DNA of 47,702 nt, the filler included, from Catajapyx aquilonaris (lineage: Eukaryota): assembly GCA_000934665.2 (NCBI GenBank). It is 2 parts of 2 records of this genome, joined end to end, with 100 filler letters (N's around TTAATTAATTAA, not from the genome) between each part and the next. Parts side by side here need not be neighbours in the genome. Positions count along the whole stretch, not along the records: positions 23,903 to 47,702 come from KZ539384.1; 1 more part is not named here. One strand, given 5' to 3'. Below the pieces are notes generated by a model. That model saw only the letters and a program-made list of their open reading frames with translations. It had not been told where the DNA came from and made no database searches. The translations under genes and the position numbers were made by a program. Shown one piece after another: positions 37,191 to 47,702 of the stretch. Within the stretch, counting starts at the first letter, position 1, and the number at the start of each line of letters is the position of its first letter.

Positions 37191-37547
37191 GGGGAGGTGT
37201 AGATGGCCGAGATAGTAACGTCTCGGCTTGCTGAGTGAAAGGCCCCAGGTTCGATCCCCGCCTGGGGAACTTTCCTTTCACCTGCGTCAGGAGGGTCTCT
37301 GACCTGCACCAAGGAGGTGTCTGGCAACCTAACCTCCTGGGGAACAGCACATGACCCCTTTACCGACATTGCACTTGCACCACATGTTCCCTCCTCAAAA
37401 ATCCCTATCCCTACCCATGTCCTTGTCTCCTTGCACCGGAGTCAGAAGAAAAATAGTACACAGTTACTAGAAAACTGATGGTGGTGTGCCACCCCCCTAA
37501 AAAGGCTCCGCCTTATCACGGGGTAACGTAAAAAAAAAAAAAAAAAA
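37191..37547 (+). mobile_element. tRNA-derived SINE (family A), full length
   Basis: GGGGAGGTGTAGATGGCCGAGATAG (A box), GGTTCGATCCC (B box), poly(A) tail; perfect 14-bp TSD GGATATTCAAGTAC at 37177-37190 and 37548-37561. Confidence 0.92.
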
Positions 37548-37560
37548 GGATATTCAAGTA

Positions 37561-37704
37561 CAGTAGACTCCAGATATAACAAGACTCCAATGGACCACGG
37601 AAATCAGTCTGTTATAGCCAAATACACATGACCCTTATGGAAATATGGCAGGACCAGCCTTTTGAGTCTGCTATAGCAGAGGCTGTTATATCCGGAGTCA
37701 ACTG
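37561..37704. mobile_element. Tigger/pogo-type MITE
   Basis: TA|CAGTAGACTCCAGATATAAC…GTTATATCCGGAGTCAACTG|TA. Confidence 0.8.
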
Positions 37705-37885
37705 TATTACATTTCAACAGATGCTGGTTAGTACTTAAAAAACTGTCACACAAAATTGTATGAAGAGTACGAGTGTTAATTTCACCTGGAAAAGGGTACA
37801 ACAGACTGTTAGCCACAAATTTAATTTCATGAGGTATGCTCATTTAGCCCCCATGCAAGAATTATTGAGAAATTAAAAGCTGTTA

Positions 37886-38135
37886 CAATGGGTCCTCCGT
37901 ATCCATGGGGGATTGGTTACAGGGAGCCTATGGATACCAAATTCACGGACACTCAAATCTCCTACATAAAATGGCAGTGTTTGAATATAACCTGTGCACA
38001 TCCTATTGTATACTATAGATTATACTCATAATACCTAATAAAATCCTAATGATATGAAAAGAGCTGTTGTACTGTATTGGATAGTGCTTGGCATGTTGCA
38101 AATTGAAGTTTTGCTTTTGAAACTTTGGATTGTTT
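37886..38135 (+). mobile_element. Tigger-derived MITE fragment resembling MER2/MER2B
   Basis: TA|CAATGGGTCCTCCGTATCCATGGGGGATTGGTTACAGG…GGATACCAAATTCACGGA…ATAAAATGGC…ATATAACCT…ATAATACCTAATA…GCAAATTGAAGTTTTGCTTTT. The similarity is to the consensus as I recall it, not computed. Confidence 0.65.
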
Positions 38136-41100
38136 TATTTCATTTACCAGCCAGATAGCCATAGTTGCTTGGGCTTCTTCCTAATAAACTTAAACTTAAC
38201 TTAGCTCACATTTGTATAACTCTCATGGACGCTAACTTTGCTTTGACTTACACATGTAATTGGAAAGCCCATTTAAAGGTGTTTCCAACAGCCTGCATGA
38301 CTCCACTCCAAATTTGAAGGTAATGTCACAGAGGGGAGTGGAAATTATTGTCTGCAAGCGTTTTACTGATGCAGACAGGAGATAACTTATGAAATATGTA
38401 GCATGTGCAACAGGCAATTGCATCTGCATATGTAACAGTGTAAATCCATACATACCTTTATAATATGTAATCGAAGTTGCAACTTGACAAACCTTGTGAT
38501 AACTTTGGAGTTTTATGTCATATGTTGGCATAACGATGCCACATTTTTCTGATATACTTTTTTCCACACTTCCAACAGATGGTGTGGAAAAAATGGGAAC
38601 AACAATTGCAATTTCTGCAACTTTTGCATTACAAATGTGTAACTTTCAAGTGGTGCAATGTTTCTCTCAGCAGACAGGACTACACTTTGAAATTATACGA
38701 GTATACTAAAACTCTTTGTGGTAAGCTACCTTAATATGCATATGGTTTGAAATGCACACCCCATAATTATCTAGTATTCTAGTTCCATTCACTCAATGGT
38801 TTTGGATTGTTTATAACTGATAACCAAACATTCCTGGCATCACCTGTCAAGCACTTTCTGAACAATACAAACGAGCATGTGACTTGCTATCTCTTTAATG
38901 TGGCATACCACCATGTGCTCTCTTTCATTTCCTAAGCACAAACTATCTATTTCCTCTAACTTCACATAGGAAAGAGTCATACACCAACAGACCTGGTATG
39001 CACGGCACAGATCTTCCAGAAAAGACCATGTGTTCCAGAGTTACACCAAGAGTGGTTACACTCAACACTTCCAATCCCACCTCAAATGTGGCAGCTCCAG
39101 AGCTCCTTCGCCATGTTGCTGGTGGTATGTCATGAATTATATTGCAATGCCAAAGAAATGTGTGTAGGGGGCCCATTCAACTGCCACTGGCTAAGCCCTG
39201 CATTTCTAATGCTGCTGCAACAGACAACTGCAGCCCTCACTTGCCAATCTGCAGCACTCCTGTTTTTGTGTACAAGGAGCCATGAAAAATAAAGCAACTG
39301 ATTAGTTTCCAATCCTGCATTACTCAACAATTAAAATCTGTCTAGAATTAAGTAGCAATGTCCTTTCTGATACACCCTGCACGCGAACATATTTTCATTT
39401 CATTTTCCGCCTCTCCAATCCACTTTTGACATGTTACTTTACATAAAGTTTGCCTCAACACACCTGGCTTAAAGTACACTAAACTTGAACAAACACCCTA
39501 TATGCAAAGAACAATACTATATTTATAACACACAAGCTCCCCGCTTCAAACGAACAATCAATATTTAGACCGCAAAGCAGTCCATAATTTTTGAAAAACC
39601 CTCCCACTATTAGCACATACCATAATCCACACCAGTCATTTAAAAAAACACCCTCCACAATAAATGATATTTAACTACCCTGCACTTGACCCAATTTCTT
39701 CATCCTAGCTCGTCCCCCACTTCCCAAGGCTAAGTGCGTGACCCTGGACGAAAATCTATACCATTTTTTTCCCCCCACAATCAATACACGCACTACTGCC
39801 TATTTACCCATAGCGACGATAAATCCGTCCAAGTCCGCCACCAACATGACCTCGACACAGGTGCTTGCGGAGTTACATAACCTTCCCAGCCGTTCAAGGC
39901 GGGATGTCGGGGTAGGCACAGACATCGGGGTAGCAAAAAGAAACTCACTGATGCACACATAAAATAAAATAAAAAGTTTAAAAGGGGGGTAGAAAGGCAA
40001 AATATTGAACAAGGTCAACGCAACCGATTCTGCGTCGCAGCTAGGCCTAGGCACAGGCATCCCCCCCAACCAGTCCACCTCTCTGCTCTCTCCCGCCCTC
40101 CACCTTCATTCAAGTCCTTCCCTTTCCGCCCCCGATACGAACCTACTAGGTCGGGAGACATGAGATGCCCCCCGAAGGAACGGGTGTCCGAGGTCACGGG
40201 GTGGCATTATCCACCGTATCTGAGGTGGGGGGGGTACCGTATTTGATGAAGGTGGGCAGGGTGGGTAGGTGCAGAGCGCACTTCTCTTGGCTCCCTCTGC
40301 CTCCAATCACAGTTACCAACTCAGTGACGGCCTTCGATTTATGCGGTTCATGGGGCACGGAAATTATGTTTACCCGATACTTTTGCATCTATCGGACGAG
40401 TGGGTATACAGTACGGCGCGGAGTGGCTAGGAAATGCAGGCAAGGCGCAAGTCGGAAAATTAAAGGCCGAATGGATTTTACATTATTTAGATGATTCCAC
40501 GTTGTTTACAGTACCGGTAGTTAAAAGGGCATGTAATAATAAAGCAAATGGTTCCGATTTTTTAGTTACGTAGGCGGACATTGAAAGACACGCCCTTTCC
40601 CCCCACCTACTATATAACTGAAACCGGATTATATAATAATGGAAACTTGAGCTGTACGGAACGTCAATTTAGTCCGATGTTCTATCACATTTATTATCGT
40701 GTGTTGCCGAATTTATTTCCGTATACCGACACAGATGTAAGCTTAATTCTGAAACACACTGTTCAGTACGAAAAATTGGTGGAACAGACACGTAGTATTA
40801 CATCACTCAAGCATACTGAAATTGGACCTCGAGGTCAAGGTTATACCACGTTATACACTATGAGAAGAGCGTCATGTAGACAGTTTAAAAATTACGAAAT
40901 CGCTCTTGGTTCTTTAATCTGGTTGTTTACCATCGGACTTATCAGCTTGTAAATTATTATCCGATAGCAGCATAAAATAATTATGAATAACATTTAATAT
41001 CATGAAGACTCCGGTTGTTGTATTGCCTCACTTATCATGTAGCTTATCATAATGACATCGTTACAAATAGCACCACTATAAATCGTTGCTACACACCGAG

Positions 41101-41612
41101 TATAGGGCCTACAGTGCTTTTTTTTTTTTACAAGGACGATGCGACAACTATTTTTTGTTCTAAAATGTTTCGCTTTCTTGCCCGTAAAATGGTGAGGTTG
41201 TTGCTCTTACGCTCTTACATACCCTCACAAAAAATATAGGTTCTTGTCCTTTACAAGGTGTACGGCAAATCTCCTTGACTCAGGAAGGCAAGGGAAAGAA
41301 AAAGAAGAAGAAAAAAACAACGCAAAATCCATGAAGCGAGACCTTCGCACGAGAATGAGGTTTATTAACCCCCTATATGCAATGACGGGATTTTAAAAGG
41401 GACTAGATTTATTAAAGTCATCATCATCATCTTTGTAAGTTATCTATATGGGGGCTGAGAGATCATGCCCTTTAAAAAAAAAGGTCATCTGCTTCCAATC
41501 CTACACTTATGCTTATGCTCCAGTCTCAGACAGGTCACACGCAAGTCAGTAATCCAGATAGACACAATAATGAGCATTTTAACCGTAACATTTACATCGT
41601 TATAGGAATTTG

Positions 41613-44483
41613 ATGGACAGGGCAACAATGATGAAGTTCGCTGCCCTCATATTTGTATTCTTCCTGTGCCATGCATCCCGCGGGTGTGTGTTTGATGAGA
41701 CAACGGTGCAAAGGATGATGGATGCAGTGAATACGGAAAACATCCGGGAAAACCTGAGGTTTCTGGCTTCTCAGCCACATTTGGCAGGTACACCACGGGA
41801 TGATGAACTGGTACAGTACATCAAAGGTCTGTTCGAGGAGGCTGGATTAGACACTGTGGAGACCACTCCATATGAGGTCATGCTGTCTCACCCGGATTTT
41901 GATAAACCCAACCAGGAAAGTATAGCTTGGGTACCACTTTTCGTACCATAACTTGAAGCTGTTACATTTGCAGGTACATTTGGTGGATGAGAATGGAAAT
42001 TTGATAAGCAACAGCTCGTTCAAAGAGCATATTTATAATGAGACGGAGGACTCGGCCAATTTTGTTCCTGCGTACCATTGCTTTTCACCTGCAGGGGACA
42101 TCACCGGTGACATCGTGTTTGCTAACTATGGGAGACAAGAAGACTTCGACAGGTTGAGGGATATGGATGTGGAAGTAAATGGCAAAATATGTATCATAAA
42201 ACTCGGGAAAATATTCAGAGGCAGCAAGGTATGAGTAGGCTACAGAACATTGTGTTGACTGGTCTTATCCGGTAATAATCTGCGCAGGTAGCAGCAGCTG
42301 CTCAAAACGGAGCTATCGGAGTATTGTTGTATCCAGATCCTGCAGACTATGCAGCTGAAGGTACCGAGGAGGAAAATGTGTACCCTAACAAGTGGTGGCT
42401 ACCCGGCTCGGCTATGCAAAGAGGCAGTGTATATGGCAGTTGGGGTGATCCATTGACCCCCGGATGGCCTTCTATAGGTAGTACTAAGGACATGGTACAT
42501 GCCTGACCGCAATTCAATAATTCACAATTTTGTTTCAAGCTGGGGCTATTCGATTGAATGAATCAGACGTGGAGCATATTCCGAATATTCCAGCCCAGCC
42601 TATAGGATACGACGATGCAAAGCGAATTCTCGAGTAAGGTACACAATAAGAGGATTGAGGCTACGCGTAACTACATCCGATTACTACACTTTATAAAGGT
42701 TAATGGGAGGGGAGCAGGTGCCGCATGAATGGAACGGAGCTGTTCCGGGCGTGGAATACCGTCTGGGGCCAGGGTTCATACACCCTCACAACACCACGCA
42801 GGTGCGACTGGTTGTCAACAACATTCTCAAGTACAATGTCACGATCGAAAACGTCATAGGAATGATTAAAGGAGCTGTCGAACCAGGTACGTCTTCAGAA
42901 AGACACCCAACATGTGTCGTTTAATCAAATTGGTATTGCAGATCGGTACGTGATATATGGTAACCACCGTGATTCTTGGGGATTCGGCGCTGCGGATGCT
43001 GTCAGTGGTACTACCGGTCTCTTGGAGGCGGTCCGGATTTTTGGAGACATGAAACGGCAGGGATGTAGGCCTCGTCGTACCATCATCTTCTGCAGTTTTG
43101 GAGCTGAGGAAGTACCGCTCTTTGGCTCCACTGAGTGGGTAGAGGTAAGTCACAAATGGTGTGCTGTATACCAGAGTGTTGATGTCGTCCTTTAGGAAAA
43201 TCTGGCTCAGTTGGACCGTCGCGGTGTGGCCATGGTGAACCTCGACACCTGCATGGGTGGACCTGCTTTCAGGCCGAAAGTCTCGCCTTTTCTATGGACC
43301 TCGTTCCTCGAAGCAATGCGACAGATCCAGGACGGTATGGACGCAAACAGGACCTTGTACGAGGCATGGGCTAGCACATTTCCCGAGAACCAGGAACCGG
43401 AGCTGGAGCTCCTCAAAATGATGAGTGACCACGTGGCTTTCGATTCGTTTGTCGGCATACCATCCATCACCTTCCGGTACTTTCCGGACGACGTTCTTTC
43501 CGGAAACTATCCCGCATACCACACGGGATATGACACGATTAGATATGTGGAAAAATTTCTCGACCCAGAATACCAGTACATGGCATCGTGTGCCAAATTG
43601 TCCGTCGTTTTTCTCGCCAATTTAGCAGGTTTGAGTACTAGATTGTAGTTACACGTACTGCACGTATTGGCACAAAATCTGCCGGAAAAAACACTCAACC
43701 GTACATGACTTACCTGTCCAATAATTCAGGATTGAAGCTATAGCCTACATTTTGCTTTTTCAGACTCACCCCTCGTGCCATTAGATTCACGTAGAGCTGC
43801 ATTGAAAATGAGGAACACAATACAATCGATGAAAACGAACGGTGTCGAGGCGGAACTAAACAAGCATGATGCTTCCATAGGTATAGTCTGCGTCAATATT
43901 GCTCTACCTGCATAATTCAAACCCCTGACCCCAACTTGATTGCAGATTCGCTAGGAGATACCGTCGACAGGTTTGTGACGGCCGCTGAACGCTGGCATGA
44001 GAATGCTGCAAAATTAATCAACTCTAACAAGTGAGTCGCAGTAGTTATGCGTATATATACAAATACAATACAAATCAGATCCGGATATATCGGACTCACC
44101 TTTCCAGCACTCTGATTGTCCGTATGCTGAGCGATCAGTCTATGTCGGTTCAGAAAGCTTTCCTCTTACCTGAAGGACTACCTGGAAGACCTCTGGCCAG
44201 GTAATTAATCGACAACCGAATTCTGGGCTTATTGTAATTTAATTGATATTCCAGAAACGCGGTGTTTTCGATGGGCCAACACGACCTGTACAATTCCCAT
44301 GCCTTTCCCGGAATCAAAGACCTTCTACACGGCATCGACAAGCTGGACCCAGATAAGAAGATATTGAGGGAAAACCAGCTTCAGAAACACATCTCTGACC
44401 TGCTGGTTGTAGTACATCGGGCTAGTCTGTTGCTCTCTTTGGATCACATACCTTCCGATTGGTTTCCGCCACAGGATGAATAA
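41613..44483 (+). CDS. Glutamate carboxypeptidase II / NAALADase-like M28B peptidase, ~729 aa; exons 41613-41915, 41974-42228, 42288-42477, 42540-42633, 42699-42886, 42942-43144, 43196-43628, 43764-43880, 43946-44030, 44108-44200, 44255-44483
   Basis: [59 protein letters not shown]…[29 protein letters not shown]. All junctions are in frame; nine of ten are canonical GT-AG. Confidence 0.93.
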
Positions 44484-45195
44484 AGTGATCAATCATAACA
44501 ATATTAGACAACAATGTAGCAAATAATGCTTCGCTATACGGAATAAAAATATATATTATATTTATATACCGTTTTTTGTTTTGTTTGTAGTGCAGGCGTT
44601 CTTGCAATGGTTTTGTTGGGTGGATGGGGTATGGGGACATTGAACTTTGTAAACTCCGGCCCTCCATCCAAGTTGTGCGGCCCGGTCCAGTGCGTAAATA
44701 TTTGCAGCGGCCTCGACATAATTTGCGACATGGAGACTGGAATGAGCAATGTGTACACCTGGGGAAATGGTTTGTCCGCAGGATCGGGGCGTCGCGCCGC
44801 GTCGCGCGGTGACCTATAGGTCTGGGACACGGTCTGGGACAACTGTGACGCCTGACGCGGTTAGGCATGTAGCATTATTTTGGGGACGTAAATAGCGAAG
44901 TTTCGACGGGTGTTCAGTAAGCGTATTACTTGTGCGGTACTGTACAGTACACTATACAGCATTGTCGTATGTTATACGCTTATGTATGTATATGGTGGGT
45001 TTGTCGGGATTCCCATAAACTTATGCCATTGACAATAAAATATTTCCGGCTGATAGGTCTGGACGCGCTGAAAAACCTACTAACCGTATGGCAGGCTAGC
45101 TTTTACTTTTGTACCCTATACCGGTACCTTGCCGGTACTGAACCTTACCAGTACGTACCCTACAGTGCGTGCCACACAGGTATGGGCCTACTAGT

Positions 45196-45339
45196 CTATC
45201 GGGTTCAAATACTTTTGGCCACTTTATCCTGGTCTTGAAGCAACCCTTCGCACAGACCCCACGTTAAGGAGGCGAGTGTGTGTGACGGGTTCCTTCAAGA
45301 CCAGGATATAAAGTGGCCAAAAGTATTTGAACCCGATAG
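45196..45339. mobile_element. Short palindromic MITE
   Basis: CTATCGGGTTCAAATACTTTTGGCCACTTTAT..CCTGGTCTTGAAG and its reverse complement form ~50-60-bp arms around a short spacer. Confidence 0.8.
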
Positions 45340-45703
45340 TATGATAGGCCTACCACATCTCCCATGTTGAATTTTCCAAGAAGAAAAAGTGGATTGCCAA
45401 CTATCTACCTGAATTTGCCTAGAACTCATGGAGATACAACTTAATTTAATTTAAATAAATAAATAAAACACTGATGACACACTACAAATTATGTTGATGG
45501 AATTTAATCCGCGGCATCTATACGCTGTGCTATACCTATATTACACCTCTATATGTTACCAAGATGTTACGCTATACGAGAGCCACGAGAGCTATCGCGC
45601 AATATACCGCGCCATACTGTGAGCAAGGGGCCTCTGTCGGCCGAGCGAGCATTTATTTCCACTTATCCGTGGGTTGGAAACAGGGAAATCGACTCATCTT
45701 CTC

Positions 45704-45790
45704 TACAGTATAGAACCCCGATGGCCCCGATTATTCGTCACCCACGGGACTGGGACATCGTCGGATAACCGAAAACGTCGGATAATAATC
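45704..45790 (+). mobile_element. Tigger/pogo-like TIR fragment
   Basis: TACAGTATAGAACCCCGAT…CCCCGATTATTCG…CGGATAA motifs resemble Tigger-like ends; no partner end found. Confidence 0.4.
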
Positions 45791-46123
45791 CAAGGAGTAA
45801 AATAAAACTTTTATGAACCACAACAAAAAGCATAAAAACATGAAAGGGCCTACAATATTATGGTTTTTTTTCAGAATAAATAGTGAAGTATTTTTCTGTA
45901 TACTTCACACACACCCACCTACCCCCCCCCCCCACACACACACACACTACCCGTACTGCATTTGAAGACCTAGGGAGAAAAAACGATCAAGGTCCATCTC
46001 ATATATGTGAAACTGAGATATTGCAATTTCAAATTTTGAAGACCCACCACAATTCTTGTGTATAGGTATACATCCCAAAGTTGGTTTGAAACTTTGAAAG
46101 TCTTTATTAATGGTAGGCTACAT

Positions 46124-46409
46124 CGAGGGGTCTGTGCCAGAGGGGCGTAAGTGACTTTTGGCGAAATCGGTTCTCTTTTGTGTTGCACAGCAAACAGTGG
46201 GTCCAATCTTGTGCCAAAGAGGCGCATATGCACAGGAGTTAGTTCCCGCCATTTTCCGCTGCTCCACATAGGCGGTAGTGACTGGTTCTGGAAACTCATT
46301 TTTCCAAAGGGGCGCATATACCACATACGCCTCTCTGGCACAATGCATGCTACATGCGCCCCTCTGGCACAATGCATGCTACATGCGCCCCTCTGGCACA
46401 GACCCCTCG
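46124..46409. mobile_element. Non-autonomous TIR element with 4-bp TSD (Sola-like?)
   Basis: Perfect 24-bp TIR CGAGGGGTCTGTGCCAGAGGGGCG, flanked by ACAT on both sides (46120-46123, 46410-46413); internal 28-bp tandem copies of the TIR motif. Confidence 0.8.
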
Positions 46410-47702
46410 ACATAATACCATGAGGCACATGCAACAATTAAAACCAATATTGTTGTCAGCATCGGTATCTTTATTAATCAACATCAGTACCACATGTGGC
46501 AAAGGGCAGGTCCACATAAAAATGTCGAATGTCGATAACCCCGGGGTATCAATAATGGCACGAGCTGGTGCTGTTGTTGCTGCTGCAAGTCATTGAATTT
46601 TTCATTTGCGAAATTGGCAGTCACCCTGGATACATCTCACGAGACTGACCGAAAGGTACTTAGGTTCATACTACATGCCTCTTCACACCAATCGACAATT
46701 CCCACGGCCCATCAAAAGTGTTCCTGAGAAAGATGAGCTTGATTGGGTTTGCTTTCAAGGAACTTCCACTCTATCTCTGCTTTTCTGAATAGGAAATGGG
46801 AATTTGGAGACATAGAGTTTTTGTAGGTATGTAATGTAGTGTAGGTCTTAAACATGTCCTGCTCACATTGAATTACGCAAACAGGATTCGACTTTCGACG
46901 TGCATCTGCAAAAATCTTGGCCTAATCAGAAGGAACAATAATAATTGTTTCAGAACATTATTATTGGTATATCAAGCCAAAATCTTTGCCTCACTCCATG
47001 TTTAACTGTGTCCTCTAATAAATGTCACTTGGATTTGTTAGAAACCTATGTACTATTGACCGCAAAAGTAATGTCGCGACTGTTTATGTGCTTTTGTGTT
47101 TATGTGTTGGTAATCCTGGGCGCTGCCAGGCTACGGATATGTTTATTTGGCGATGTTCCGGAATCCACAACACCCTGCTCACCGGTCACGGCCGCGGTCC
47201 CTCGGTCGCACAGTCCCGCAAGTGGCCGCACGGTCTGGGTCGCTGTTTGAGAGCGCCGCTACTATTCGTGCAACTTATTTCTAGTTTGGGTAATTCCATG
47301 TGAGATCATACAAAGATGTTCACCCGACTTTTTTTCTTTTTTCTTAGAAAATCGAAATTTGGCACTTAGGGTCGTATTTTGTCAAGATCACAGGGACATA
47401 TCTTTCAAACCAGATAACCGCTATAGGTCACGAGAAATGAAGAGGTCAAAAATGGGAACTTTTCCATTCTGATGTTTACAATAACCCGATAATTTCTCTA
47501 ATTATGTGTCCCACATGCATGCAAAATGGGGCTTTAAATTCTATACAAGGTAACGCCGAACCCGCAGATAACCTCCAAAAAAATTTTAAGATTAAAATTA
47601 CGTGTCATTTTGGGAGATCATATCCCCTTCAGTAGTGCAAGTTTCATTTTGGCCCTCGTATTAGGGTCCGAGATATCAAAATATCAAATACAGTAAATAA
47701 GG

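Noticed and set aside
37191..37270. tRNA gene (also 30660-30741, minus)
   Set aside because: A and B boxes are present, but each is followed by a SINE body, a tail and TSDs; these are SINE heads.
44590..44870. GC-rich island with 100-148 aa ORFs (also transposon-like text at 23200-23480 and 47300-47702)
   Set aside because: Probably TE fragments, but I found no TIR/TSD pair or protein motif to support a call.

Overview
Eukaryotic, probably invertebrate/arthropod-type genomic DNA, with spliceosomal introns, SINEs, LINEs and Tc1/pogo elements. An artificial 100-bp linker (44 N + TTAATTAATTAA + 44 N, 23803-23902) splits the window into two pieces that may not be adjacent in the genome. The left piece holds an LRR gene with a single coding exon, a spliced orphan coiled-coil gene, degenerate local duplications and a nested TE cluster. 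That cluster includes an RTE LINE end, a Gypsy protease remnant and an intact intron-containing pogo DD35D transposase with a C-terminal PHD finger. The right piece is gene-dense: the 3' half of ACP7 (purple acid phosphatase), a beta-1,3-galactosyltransferase head-to-head with MTRES1, a C2H2 zinc-finger gene and an 11-exon glutamate carboxypeptidase II/NAALADase, with many MITEs and SINEs in the introns. Three observations stand out: (1) an apparent non-canonical GA-AG intron in the NAALADase gene; (2) a truncated LINE and two different tRNA-derived SINEs that share a 3' stem-loop conserved in structure but not sequence, suggesting a LINE-SINE partnership; (3) a MITE resembling mammalian MER2/Tigger. 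All exon structures were derived by manual reading; family assignments come from motif recognition, not database searches.
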